32,000 bases of DNA from Synechocystis sp. PCC 6803 substr. PCC-P (GTDB lineage Bacteria > Cyanobacteriota > Cyanobacteriia > Cyanobacteriales > Microcystaceae): assembly GCF_000284455.1 (NCBI RefSeq), contig NC_017039.1, positions 1,980,001 through 2,012,000 on the forward strand, in the 5' to 3' direction. Every line of letters begins with the position of its first letter. The stretch's first letter is position 1. Shown one piece after another: positions 18,505-27,901 of this stretch. The notes under the pieces were generated by a model. It searched no databases and was not told where the DNA came from. It saw only the letters and a list, made by a program, of their open reading frames with translations. The translations under genes were made by a program, and so were the position numbers.

Positions 18505-19758
18505 ATGAATAACTCTGATTTCCTGTCTTTTTTCCCCGAGTCTGAAAACAATGGCCCAGCGGACGTCAACGCTGAAGAATTGGCCCTATTGTTCAATGGA
18601 TTGAATGAAGAAGTACAGGAACAGGTAAATTCCTCTGAAAATGAGGATTTCGGTGCCATGTTGGACGGCATCGAAATGTTAGAAGAAATGCTGGTGGAAA
18701 CGGAGCTAGCAGGGGAAGCGGCTCTGCAGGAAATGACCCCCTTGGAACAGGAAACGTCCGTCATGTTTGAAGGGAATGATTTGCAGTATGAAGAAGTGGA
18801 TGAAGATAATTTTGCTCCTAGTGTGCTAATTCCGCCCTTTCTCCGGGCCCATGAAGCCTTACAGGAACAGGTTGTTAGCCTAGGACAACGTTTAGCTTCT
18901 ACGGAACAGGAACTCCTGGGGCACCAGCGTCGGGCTTCCAGTGCTGAGAATTTAATTCAAGACCAGGCGATCGCCCTCACCCAAGCCCAGGAACAATTGG
19001 CCCATACGGTGGCGGAATTGCAGGTTTACCAAGAAGCGTGTAAACAACAACAGTTACAGGTGGAAACCCTGACGGAACAGCTCGCCGCCAGCCAGGATTT
19101 GATCATTGCCCAACAAAATCAGTTGCACAGTGGAGAGCATGGCAATAGCAATGAGGTAAAAATTCAAGAACTTCGCACTGAGATCAATAGTTTGAAGACG
19201 GAAAATGAACAACTAAAAGGACAGATCACTTGCCACAACTCAGAGGTGGCCCGCTTTGAACAACAACTTGCTGAACTGACTGCCCGCTTACAACGACAAC
19301 AGCGCTACGCCTTGCAATATAAATCTGCCTTGGAACAATACCTGGCCCAACCTGACCTTCTTCCCCTGGAAGCCATTGGTGAGGTGGTGGCTAACGTAAC
19401 AACCCAGTCTAAGGAAGTGAAACCCTGGGCCAGTGTGGGGGATGTGTTGGCTTCATTTACCAGGGGCAGTTCTGAGTCGGCCAGTGCTCCGGTGGCGGAT
19501 CTCACACCAGGCTTGGTAAACTTTTCCCCTTCCCCAGATAAAGAATCGGCTGGCCAGCCATCGGCAAGTAAGAAGGAGCAAAAAGAGCAAAGGAATCAGA
19601 CAGAAGAAGTTCCTTTCTCCCCTCCCGTGGAGCCGGCTAAACCCGTTGACCCTATCCCCGCCATTGACCAACTGAGTTTTGCGGTTAAGGAGCCAAAACC
19701 TTCCCGTCGCTCCATTGATTTGCCAGGCTTTTTACCCCGCTCTACGCCAATGGAGTAA
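18505..19758 (+). CDS. Hypothetical protein with acidic N-terminus and long central Gln/Glu-rich coiled coil
   Basis: 417 aa ORF, heptad-like LRTEINSLKTENEQLKGQI...ARFEQQLAELTARLQRQQRYALQYKSALEQYL. Confidence 0.85.
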   Translation: MNNSDFLSFFPESENNGPADVNAEELALLFNGLNEEVQEQVNSSENEDFGAMLDGIEMLEEMLVETELAGEAALQEMTPLEQETSVMFEGNDLQYEEVDEDNFAPSVLIPPFLRAHEALQEQVVSLGQRLASTEQELLGHQRRASSAENLIQDQAIALTQAQEQLAHTVAELQVYQEACKQQQLQVETLTEQLAASQDLIIAQQNQLHSGEHGNSNEVKIQELRTEINSLKTENEQLKGQITCHNSEVARFEQQLAELTARLQRQQRYALQYKSALEQYLAQPDLLPLEAIGEVVANVTTQSKEVKPWASVGDVLASFTRGSSESASAPVADLTPGLVNFSPSPDKESAGQPSASKKEQKEQRNQTEEVPFSPPVEPAKPVDPIPAIDQLSFAVKEPKPSRRSIDLPGFLPRSTPME

Positions 19759-19842
19759 TCTTCAACGGTAATGTTGAACAAAGACGGTAGAGATTGATTT
19801 TCTTACTGTTACTTGGGGGCAGTTTATTTTTCTTAGATATTC

Positions 19843-21222
19843 ATGAGTAATCTTTCGATCGCCGATGGGATTCGTCTCGGCATTGCAGTAGGGGTGGCCA
19901 AGACCGTTACGGCCGTGGTTAAAGCTCTGCGGTTGGGGTCTGCCAGTGTGTTACCGGGGGAAATTGCCCGTCGTCTGCACCCGAAAATGTTGGGACTGTT
20001 GGCCCAGCAGGTGTCCCAGGGGGTAATTTTAGTAGTGGGAACCAATGGCAAAACCACCACCTCGTTGCTGTTACGAAAAATTTTGGTGGATCAGGGCTAT
20101 CGAGTCACCCATAATGCCACCGGCGCTAATTTAATCAATGGTTTAATCACCGCTTTACTGGCCGATGCCAATTTATTTGGGCGTTTATCCACCGATTTCG
20201 CCATCTTAGAAGTGGATGAAAATGTACTTCCTTTGGTGTTAAAAGATTGTCAACCCAGGGCAATTTTGGCTTTGAATCTTTTCCGGGATCAATTAGACCG
20301 TTACGGCGAAGTGGATAGCATCAGTCAGCGCTGGCAAAAGGCGATCGCCCCTTTACCAGAAAACACCATTGTTGCGGTCAATGCCGACGACCCCACCCTC
20401 TCCCATCTGGGGCAAAAGTTAGCCCAACGGGTTTGTTACTTTGGCCTGAGCGAGCCGGATTTATACCTGGAAGAAATTCCCCATGCAGTGGATTCCATCT
20501 ACTGTCCCCAGTGCGGCACTTCCCTGGATTATCGGGGAGTGTACCTTTCCCATTTGGGGGATTATCAGTGTCCCAGCTGTGGATTCCAAAAAAGTCAGCC
20601 CGCTTTCCACAGCAGTAAGTGGCCCCAAATTCTCATCGGCGTTTACAACAAATACAACACCCTCGCCGCTGGTTTGGTAGCCCAACAATTGGGGGTGAAC
20701 ACAGAAAATATTTTCAACAATATCCGCAGTTTTAAAGCGGCCTTTGGGCGGGCGGAGGAATTGAACGTAGAGGGCAAACATGTCCGCATTTTGTTGTCTA
20801 AAAATCCAGTGGGTTTAAATGAAACCATCCGGGCTGTTAATGACCTCAAACTTCAGGGCCAGTGCTCCACCACTCTATTAGTGCTCAATGACCGCATTGC
20901 CGATGGCACCGATGTTTCTTGGATTTGGGATGTGGATACAGAACCCCTAGTGGCTTCCGGGGGCACTTTTGTTGTCAGTGGCGATCGCCTTTATGACATG
21001 GCACTGCGTTTGCAATATAGTCAGGAAAATTTAATTCAACCTAGCCAAGGGGAGGAACCGTGGGATGGCCACACATCAAGGCTAATTTTGGAAGAAAATC
21101 TTGAAAAAGCGGTGCAAATTGCTTTGGAGCTAACCCCAGCAGAGGAAACTCTCCATATTATTCCCACCTATACCGCCATGTTGGAAGTGCGGGGCATCCT
21201 CACTGGCCGAAAAATTCTCTAG
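19843..21222 (+). CDS. MurT-like Mur ligase family protein (lipid II isoglutaminyl synthase large-subunit-like) with internal zinc ribbon
   Basis: VVGTNGKTTTSLLLRKIL (P-loop), NATGANLINGLITALL, EVDENVLP, CPQCGTSLDYRGVYLSHLGDYQCPSCGF (Cys4), C-terminal DUF1727-like region. Confidence 0.88.
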   Translation: MSNLSIADGIRLGIAVGVAKTVTAVVKALRLGSASVLPGEIARRLHPKMLGLLAQQVSQGVILVVGTNGKTTTSLLLRKILVDQGYRVTHNATGANLINGLITALLADANLFGRLSTDFAILEVDENVLPLVLKDCQPRAILALNLFRDQLDRYGEVDSISQRWQKAIAPLPENTIVAVNADDPTLSHLGQKLAQRVCYFGLSEPDLYLEEIPHAVDSIYCPQCGTSLDYRGVYLSHLGDYQCPSCGFQKSQPAFHSSKWPQILIGVYNKYNTLAAGLVAQQLGVNTENIFNNIRSFKAAFGRAEELNVEGKHVRILLSKNPVGLNETIRAVNDLKLQGQCSTTLLVLNDRIADGTDVSWIWDVDTEPLVASGGTFVVSGDRLYDMALRLQYSQENLIQPSQGEEPWDGHTSRLILEENLEKAVQIALELTPAEETLHIIPTYTAMLEVRGILTGRKIL

Positions 21223-21268
21223 GACTTGTTGGAGTCCCCCTGGCCTCCCAATGATGGGGGGGATTTCT

Positions 21269-21922
21269 TCAGCCTTCCCGCCATGCCAGCATGAGTAACG
21301 CATTGACAATACCTGCAGCCACGGGAGAACCACCTTTGTTACCCTCAACCCTTATTTGCGGGCAAGGTAGTAAGGACAAGGCTTTTTTCGCTTCTAAAAC
21401 CCCAATGAAACCTACCGGAACACCAATAACTAGGGCCGGTTTTGCTTTACCTGCGGCGATCGCCTGACAGAGGGTTAACAAGGCGGTGGGGGCATTGCCG
21501 ATGACATAGATAGCTTCGGGAAATTGGGCAATACAGCGGTCCATGCCGGTTTCGGTGCGGGTTTTGCCTGGGTCAGCGATGGTAGCAAAATCGATCGCCG
21601 TTTGGATTGGATTGTTAAAAGTGCGCTGGACTAAACCTTGGATGCCCTGTTTGACCATATTCACATCCACCACAATGGTTTGACCGTGGCGCAAACTTTC
21701 TATTCCCCTGGCGATCGCCTGATGTTCCGGCAGATCTGGATCAAACTCAGCCTGGGGTAAATCCGGAGCAAAACGGAGTAAATGCAAAAAATCAAAATCC
21801 GCTGTGCTGTGGATCACCCGGCGGGCAATGGCATACTCCTGGGAAGATAAATTATGGGGCCCCACAGAACGGTCAATGTGGGCAAAACTTTCTAGCAAAA
21901 TCGGATGTTCTAGGGGAATCAT
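21269..21922 (-). CDS. cobH: Precorrin-8X methylmutase (precorrin isomerase)
   Basis: 217 aa; AIARRVIHSTADFDF, DRCIAQFPEAIYVIGNAPTAL, VIGVPVGFIGVLEAKKAL, RVEGNKGGSPVAAGIVNALL. Confidence 0.93.
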   Translation of the reverse strand: MIPLEHPILLESFAHIDRSVGPHNLSSQEYAIARRVIHSTADFDFLHLLRFAPDLPQAEFDPDLPEHQAIARGIESLRHGQTIVVDVNMVKQGIQGLVQRTFNNPIQTAIDFATIADPGKTRTETGMDRCIAQFPEAIYVIGNAPTALLTLCQAIAAGKAKPALVIGVPVGFIGVLEAKKALSLLPCPQIRVEGNKGGSPVAAGIVNALLMLAWREG

Positions 21923-23493
21923 TGGCGATTAGATTCCGGTAAAATCCGACCAATGGTACTGTTTTCTGGACGAAAAGTTTCTTGGGCCACCCGTTGAATA
22001 TCCTCCGGTGTCACTGCGGCGATCGCCTCTAAGCGGGCAAACAAATTACGCCAATCCCCGGTGCGGACGTTATATTTCACCAACAGTTGGGCCATGCCCA
22101 TATTGGAATTGAGGGATTGCAAAGCGGAAGTTTGCAGTAAATTTTGGGCCCGCTCCAATTCCTCCGGGGTAACGGGTTCCATTTTTAGCCGTTCAATTTC
22201 CCCGTGTAACGCCTCGCTAAGGTCGTCCAAACTGCGACCGGGGGCACTCTGGGCATAGAACATTAACAAATTGGGAAATTTATCCGCCGGAAAACCGTTA
22301 AAGCCCTGGGCCATCAATGCCAACTGTTTTTCTTCCACTAGGGATTGATAAAGGCGGGAAGTGCGGCCACTGCTCAAAATAGTCGTCATCACATCAAACA
22401 CCGCACTGTCGGGATCATCAAAAGCGGGGCTATGGTAACCCTCGAAGTACCAGGGTTGGGAAGGCAAGGTCAGATTAATTTCCTTCTGCTGCGTCTGGGG
22501 AGGCTCCACCACCGTTACCTGGGGCGTAGGGGGACGCTGGGGGAAACGACCAAAATATTTCTGCGCCAAACTTTTTACCTGGTCAACCTTCACGTCTCCC
22601 ACCACGGCAATGGTCATGTTACCGGGGATGTAATATTTCTCGTAAAAATCCGTCACGTCCTGGCGGGAAAGATTGCGGATATCTTCGTCATAGCCAATCA
22701 CCGGGCGGCGGTAGGGATGTTTGGTAAAAGCCGTATCTAAAAATTCCTCCACCATTTGCCCCACTGGGTTATTTTCGGTCCGCATGCGCCGCTCTTCCAG
22801 AATCACCTCCTGCTCTTGGTAAAATTCCCGAAATACCGGCTCCAAAAAGCGCTCCGACTCTAGAGACATCCACAGTTCCAGCTTGTTAGAAGGCAAACTG
22901 TAAAAGTAAAAAGTAGCATCGGCACTGGTGGCCGCATTTAAACCCACGCCCCCGGCCATCTGGATAATCTGACCAAATTCGTTCTGCTTGATTAAATCCT
23001 GGGCCTGCTGTTGGATTTGCTTAAATTGCTCCTGTAACTTTTGTTCCCCCGTCTTATCTCCTTTAGCCCTGGCAGTGGTGATTTGGGCAAACACTTGGTC
23101 TAACTGATCCAACAACTGTTGTTCCTGGGTAAAATCCTTAGTGCCAATGCGTTCCGTTCCCTTAAACGCCATGTGTTCCAAAAAGTGGGCCACCCCAGTT
23201 TTTCCCACTGGTTCGTCCACGCCCCCCACGTCAAAATAGGTGTAAAAAGACACCACTGGAGCCTCATTATTTTCCATCACAATAAATTTCAAGCCATTAT
23301 CCAGTTGAAATTCCGTTATCCTCTGGATCGCCCGGTTGAGGTAGGGAGTCAGGGTTTGGCTATTGCGGTTATTGGTCGGGGCCAAGTCAGCGGCGATCGC
23401 CGGATGGGACCAAAGCCCGGGTCCATGGAGAACCAATATTAGGGCAGTGACCAATAGACAACGGGATAGAGAACGGAACACAAGCAGAGGCAT
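21919..23493 (-). CDS. M16-family zinc peptidase with signal peptide (track ORF starts 23583; ATG at 23493 preferred)
   Basis: MPLLVFRSLSRCLLVTALILVLHGPGLWSHPAIAA signal-like N-terminus; AHFLEHMAFKGT (HxxEH); second inactive/partner M16 domain towards the C-terminus. Confidence 0.9.
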   Translation of the reverse strand: MPLLVFRSLSRCLLVTALILVLHGPGLWSHPAIAADLAPTNNRNSQTLTPYLNRAIQRITEFQLDNGLKFIVMENNEAPVVSFYTYFDVGGVDEPVGKTGVAHFLEHMAFKGTERIGTKDFTQEQQLLDQLDQVFAQITTARAKGDKTGEQKLQEQFKQIQQQAQDLIKQNEFGQIIQMAGGVGLNAATSADATFYFYSLPSNKLELWMSLESERFLEPVFREFYQEQEVILEERRMRTENNPVGQMVEEFLDTAFTKHPYRRPVIGYDEDIRNLSRQDVTDFYEKYYIPGNMTIAVVGDVKVDQVKSLAQKYFGRFPQRPPTPQVTVVEPPQTQQKEINLTLPSQPWYFEGYHSPAFDDPDSAVFDVMTTILSSGRTSRLYQSLVEEKQLALMAQGFNGFPADKFPNLLMFYAQSAPGRSLDDLSEALHGEIERLKMEPVTPEELERAQNLLQTSALQSLNSNMGMAQLLVKYNVRTGDWRNLFARLEAIAAVTPEDIQRVAQETFRPENSTIGRILPESNRQ

Positions 23494-23653
23494 GGGGAAA
23501 ATGAATAACCAACGCAAACTATTTATAGCAACTACTTTAGATGATCTGGGCTGACAACCTTGGCGCTTGCCGGGAGGGATCAATCAACATTAAAATTTGT
23601 AACAGTGCCGATTTAGCGGGCCAGTCAAAGTCAAATCAAAGGGTAAAGCCGAA

Positions 23654-25123
23654 ATGCGTGTTGCAATTGTGGGAGCAGGATTGGCGGGAATGGCCACCGC
23701 AGTGGAATTGGTAGATGCGGGGCACGAAGTTGAACTGTACGAAGCCCGTAGTTTCATCGGCGGTAAAGTGGGCAGTTGGGTGGACGGCGACGGTAATCAC
23801 ATTGAAATGGGTCTGCACGTTTTCTTTGGCTGTTACTACAACCTTTTTAACCTGATGGAAAAGGTGGGGGCCAAGCAAAATCTACGGCTCAAGGAACATA
23901 CCCACACCTTTGTTAACCAAGGGGGCCGCATTGGTGAACTGGACTTTCGTTTCCTCACCGGTGCTCCCTTTAACGGTCTGAAAGCATTTTTCACCACGTC
24001 CCAACTGGATACCAAAGATAAAATTGCCAACTCCATCGCCCTGGCCACCAGTCCCATTGTGCGGGGTTTAGTGGACTTTGACGGAGCCATGAAAACCATC
24101 CGGGATTTGGACAGAATTAGTTTTGCGGAATGGTTCCTCAGCAAAGGTGGCAACGAAGGTAGTTTGAAAAAAATGTGGGACCCGATCGCCTACGCGTTGG
24201 GTTTTATCGATACGGAAAATATTTCTGCCCGCTGTATGCTGACCATTTTCCAACTGTTTGCCGCCCGCACAGAAGCATCAGTGTTGCGGATGTTGGAAGG
24301 TTCCCCCCAGGAATATTTACACAAACCCATTCAGGAATATTTGGAACAACGGGGCACCAAGTTTTACACCAGGCACAAAGTTAAGGAAATCAAGACCAAA
24401 GTTACGGACGGGGAAACCAGGGTAACAGGATTAATTATCAATGACGGCGTGGAAACCAAAACCGTAACCGCCGATGCTTATGTAGCCGCCTGTGACGTGC
24501 CGGGTATTAAAAATCTGTTGCCGGAAAATTGGCGCACCCAATGGGATTTTTTCAACAAAATTTACTATTTAGACACTGTCCCCGTGGCCACGGTGCAACT
24601 GCGCTTTGACGGTTGGGTTACGGAAATGAACGATCCCGCTAAACGCAAACAGTTGGAACAAGCCTTTGGCTTAGATAATTTGCTCTACACCAGCGACGCA
24701 GAGTTTTCCTGTTTTGCCGACCTCGCCCTCACTAGCCCCGCCGACTATTACCGCCCAGGGGAAGGTTCCCTATTACAACTGGTATTGACCCCCGGTGACC
24801 CTTTTATGAAAGAATCCAACGAGGCGATCGCCTATCGGGTACTCAAACAAGTCAAAGCCCTTTTCCCCTCAGCGGCGGATTTGAATATGACTTGGTACAG
24901 CGTAATTAAACTAGCCCAATCTTTGTACCGGGAAGCACCGGGCATGGACCTGTTCCGCCCCAGCCAAGCAACCCCCATAGCCAACTTCTTTTTAGCCGGT
25001 AGCTACACCCAACAGGATTACATCGATAGTATGGAGGGGGCCACCCTGTCCGGTCGTCAAGCGGCCCAGGCGATTTTGGCCAACCAAGCCCGTTTGCAAA
25101 CTGCAGTCCTGGCATCTCAGTAA
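23654..25123 (+). CDS. crtQ: Zeta-carotene desaturase (CrtQ, plant/cyanobacterial type)
   Basis: 489 aa; [68 protein letters not shown]..., C-terminal [30 protein letters not shown]. Confidence 0.96.
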   Translation: MRVAIVGAGLAGMATAVELVDAGHEVELYEARSFIGGKVGSWVDGDGNHIEMGLHVFFGCYYNLFNLMEKVGAKQNLRLKEHTHTFVNQGGRIGELDFRFLTGAPFNGLKAFFTTSQLDTKDKIANSIALATSPIVRGLVDFDGAMKTIRDLDRISFAEWFLSKGGNEGSLKKMWDPIAYALGFIDTENISARCMLTIFQLFAARTEASVLRMLEGSPQEYLHKPIQEYLEQRGTKFYTRHKVKEIKTKVTDGETRVTGLIINDGVETKTVTADAYVAACDVPGIKNLLPENWRTQWDFFNKIYYLDTVPVATVQLRFDGWVTEMNDPAKRKQLEQAFGLDNLLYTSDAEFSCFADLALTSPADYYRPGEGSLLQLVLTPGDPFMKESNEAIAYRVLKQVKALFPSAADLNMTWYSVIKLAQSLYREAPGMDLFRPSQATPIANFFLAGSYTQQDYIDSMEGATLSGRQAAQAILANQARLQTAVLASQ

Positions 25124-25147
25124 TTTTGGTAAACATCGGCAAAACCC

Positions 25148-25591
25148 ATGGCTAATTGGTTAGAACATAGCGTGCAAGTGGAAGTGGATGCCCCCATCGA
25201 ATTGGTGTGGCAACTGTGGTCTGACCTGGAGCAGATGCCCCGCTGGATGAAATGGATCGATTCCGTCAAAGTACTGGAAGACAATCCCGACCTTTCCCGC
25301 TGGAAGTTGGCCAGTGGCAGTTTGGAATTCACCTGGTTGTCCCGGATTACTAAGTTAATTTCCCAACAAATAATCCAATGGGAATCGGTGGATGGTTTAC
25401 CCAACCGGGGCGCAGTGCGTTTTTATGACCGCCATGGCAAAAGCATTGTCCGCCTCACCATTGCCTATAGCGTCCCAGGCTGGTTGGCATTGCTAATGGA
25501 TAATCTCTTCCTCGGTCGGGTGGTGGAATCCACTATTCAAGCTGACTTGGAACGATTTCGGGAATATATCAATAATTTGCAGGCTTCCTGA
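25148..25591 (+). CDS. SRPBCC (START/polyketide cyclase-like) protein, 25 nt downstream of crtQ
   Basis: EHSVQVEVDAPIELVWQLWSDLEQMPRWMKWIDSVKVLEDNPDLSRWKL..., typical SRPBCC N-terminal signature. Confidence 0.85.
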   Translation: MANWLEHSVQVEVDAPIELVWQLWSDLEQMPRWMKWIDSVKVLEDNPDLSRWKLASGSLEFTWLSRITKLISQQIIQWESVDGLPNRGAVRFYDRHGKSIVRLTIAYSVPGWLALLMDNLFLGRVVESTIQADLERFREYINNLQAS

Positions 25592-25635
25592 GGTAAGTTT
25601 GCGCTGAATAGTAGAACTAAGGCTAATGGTGCCGA

Positions 25636-25734
25636 TTACTGATCAACATTGAAAGGATTAAGTAAACAAACTCCCGTAGCAACAAAATCCTTCACATTGC
25701 GAGTAATTGGGAATGTCGGGTTTGGTTGTTTGGA
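25636..25734 (-). pseudogene. Remnant of a VapC/PIN-domain toxin C-terminus
   Basis: Minus-strand stop-to-stop reading: SKQPNPTFPITRNVKDFVATGVCLLNPFNVDQ*; the segment TRNVKDF..TGV.LLNPF matches the characteristic C-terminal motif of PIN-domain VapC toxins, with no room or start for an intact protein. Confidence 0.6.
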
Positions 25735-25878
25735 TTAATCACTTAATCGGATGGAGAAATCTTGCAGAGATTCATCGTAAACCTGAACCAAAGAAGACAC
25801 AGGCTTGAAATTTGACCAAACGCTGTCTAAATAAGTGAAAATTTAGGTACTGTGCAGAGTTTCAATAGGATAAATTCA

Positions 25879-26835
25879 ATGAAATATTTCCCTTTGAGCA
25901 ATGGGGAGCAGATTCCCGCCCTGGGTCTGGGAACATGGAAATCGTCCCCTCAGGTAGTGGGTCAAGCCGTTGAGCAAGCTTTGGACTTGGGGTATCGTCA
26001 CCTTGACTGTGCTGCTATCTATGGCAATGAAGCAGAAATTGGAGCTACTTTAGCCAATGCTTTCACCAAGGGGGTGGTCAAGCGAGAGGAACTCTGGATT
26101 ACCTCCAAGCTGTGGAGTAATGCCCATCATCCCGACGCGGTTTTACCTGCTCTCGAAAAAACTTTGCAGGATTTGGGTCTAGATTATTTGGATCTATATC
26201 TAATCCATTGGCCGGTGGTCATTCAACCCGATGTTGGATTTCCTGAATCCGGTGATCAGTTACTACCATTTACCCCGGCTTCCCTAGAAGGAACCTGGCA
26301 AGCGTTGGAGAAGGCCGTTGATTTGGGACTCTGTCACCATATTGGGGTGTCTAATTTCAGCCTGAAGAAGTTGGAAATGGTGCTGTCCATGGCCCGTATT
26401 CCCCCCGCTGTCAATCAGGTGGAATTGCACCCCTACCTCCAACAATCAGACTTGCTAACGTTTGCTAACTCGCAAAACATTTTACTAACAGCCTATTCTC
26501 CCCTGGGCTCTGGCGATCGCCCGGCGGCCTTCCAACAAGCAGCAGAACCGAAATTACTAACTGATCCAGTGATTAATGGGATTGCAGCTGAACAAGGGTG
26601 CAGTGCGGCCCAAGTCCTTTTGGCCTGGGCCATTCAACGGGGAACCGTGACCATTCCGAAGTCGGTTAATCCTGAACGACTAGAACAAAATTTGAGGGCG
26701 GCAGATATCACCCTCACGGATAGCGAGATGGCGAAAATTGCCCTATTAGACCGTCATTACCGCTACGTGTCGGGAGACTTTTGGACCATGCCGGGCAGTC
26801 CCTATACGTTACAAAACCTATGGGATGAAATTTAA
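25879..26835 (+). CDS. Aldo/keto reductase family oxidoreductase (track ORF starts 25852)
   Basis: MKYFPLSNGEQIPALGLGTWKSSP, GYRHLDCAAIYGNEAEIGATL, DLYLIHWP, IGVSNFSLKKLEMVL, PPAVNQVELHPYLQQ, LLAWAIQRGTVTIPKSVNPERLEQN. Confidence 0.96.
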   Translation: MKYFPLSNGEQIPALGLGTWKSSPQVVGQAVEQALDLGYRHLDCAAIYGNEAEIGATLANAFTKGVVKREELWITSKLWSNAHHPDAVLPALEKTLQDLGLDYLDLYLIHWPVVIQPDVGFPESGDQLLPFTPASLEGTWQALEKAVDLGLCHHIGVSNFSLKKLEMVLSMARIPPAVNQVELHPYLQQSDLLTFANSQNILLTAYSPLGSGDRPAAFQQAAEPKLLTDPVINGIAAEQGCSAAQVLLAWAIQRGTVTIPKSVNPERLEQNLRAADITLTDSEMAKIALLDRHYRYVSGDFWTMPGSPYTLQNLWDEI

Positions 26836-26877
26836 ACCTTAAGATATTACAGAAACTTATCGCAGAGGGAAGAAAGC

Positions 26878-27780
26878 GTGATGACTCTCGAACCAAACCA
26901 GGAACAACTGAAAAAAATGAAATCCCATCCTGGTTTCATTGCCGCCCTAGACCAAAGCGGTGGTAGTACTCCAGGGGCGTTGGCCGATTATGGAATCGAA
27001 CCCAATACCTATTCTGGTGACGACCAAATGTTCGCACTGGTGCATCAAATGCGGACCAGGATCATGACCAGTCCCGGCTTCACTGGCGATCGGATTTTGG
27101 CCGCAATCCTGTTCGAGGACACCATGAACCGGGAGGTTGATGGGGAGCCCACGGCCAACTACCTTTGGCAAAACAAACAAATCGTACCGATTTTGAAGGT
27201 AGACAAAGGACTGGCCCAAGAGAAGGATGGGAGCCAATTGATGAAGCCCATTCCCCAGCTTGACAGTCTGCTAATGAAGGCCAAGAAAAAAGGCATCTTC
27301 GGTACCAAAATGCGGTCATTTATCAAACATGCCAATCCCGCCGGTATCGAGGCGATCGTGGACCAGCAATTCGAGCTAGCCCAGCAAATTATTGCCGCTG
27401 GCCTGGTGCCGATTATTGAGCCCGAAGTAGATATTCACTGCTCGGAGAAAGCTCAGGCGGAAGCGTTACTCAAACAAGCCATGCTGAAACATCTCAACCA
27501 ATTACCCAAAGGACAGTGGGTGATGCTCAAACTCACTCTGCCGGAGCAAGACAACCTTTATAGCAATTGCATCGAACATGCCAATGTCTTGAGAGTGGTT
27601 GCTTTGTCGGGGGGCTACTCCCAAGCGGAAGCTAATGAGCGTCTAAGCAGGAATCACGGTGTCATAGCAAGCTTTTCACGAGCTTTGACTGAGGGACTAA
27701 CGGCCCAACAAACTGATGCTGAGTTCAACACCATGTTGGACGAATCCATTGAAAAAATCTATCAGGCATCGATTACGTAG
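26878..27780 (+). CDS. fda: Class I fructose-bisphosphate aldolase
   Basis: 300 aa; [90 protein letters not shown]. Confidence 0.95.
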   Translation: MMTLEPNQEQLKKMKSHPGFIAALDQSGGSTPGALADYGIEPNTYSGDDQMFALVHQMRTRIMTSPGFTGDRILAAILFEDTMNREVDGEPTANYLWQNKQIVPILKVDKGLAQEKDGSQLMKPIPQLDSLLMKAKKKGIFGTKMRSFIKHANPAGIEAIVDQQFELAQQIIAAGLVPIIEPEVDIHCSEKAQAEALLKQAMLKHLNQLPKGQWVMLKLTLPEQDNLYSNCIEHANVLRVVALSGGYSQAEANERLSRNHGVIASFSRALTEGLTAQQTDAEFNTMLDESIEKIYQASIT

Positions 27781-27901
27781 TCCATGTTAAGTAAAAATCC
27801 CATACCTTTAAGGAGCTAAGGGGCACCCGAATCACAACACGGTGAAACTTGCCCCTGCCATCCTCTTGTCTGACTTTACCCTTTAATATCATTCAAAAAA
27901 T

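Noticed and set aside
24068-25404. Various ORFs overlapping crtQ and the SRPBCC gene (24068..24253, 24175..24384, 24906..25142, 25117..25404)
   Set aside because: Overlap confidently identified coding frames in other frames/strand.
27796-27830. Possible structured RNA or tRNA-like element downstream of the aldolase gene
   Set aside because: Only a short CCTTA/TAAGG pairing; no cloverleaf or conserved RNA signature.
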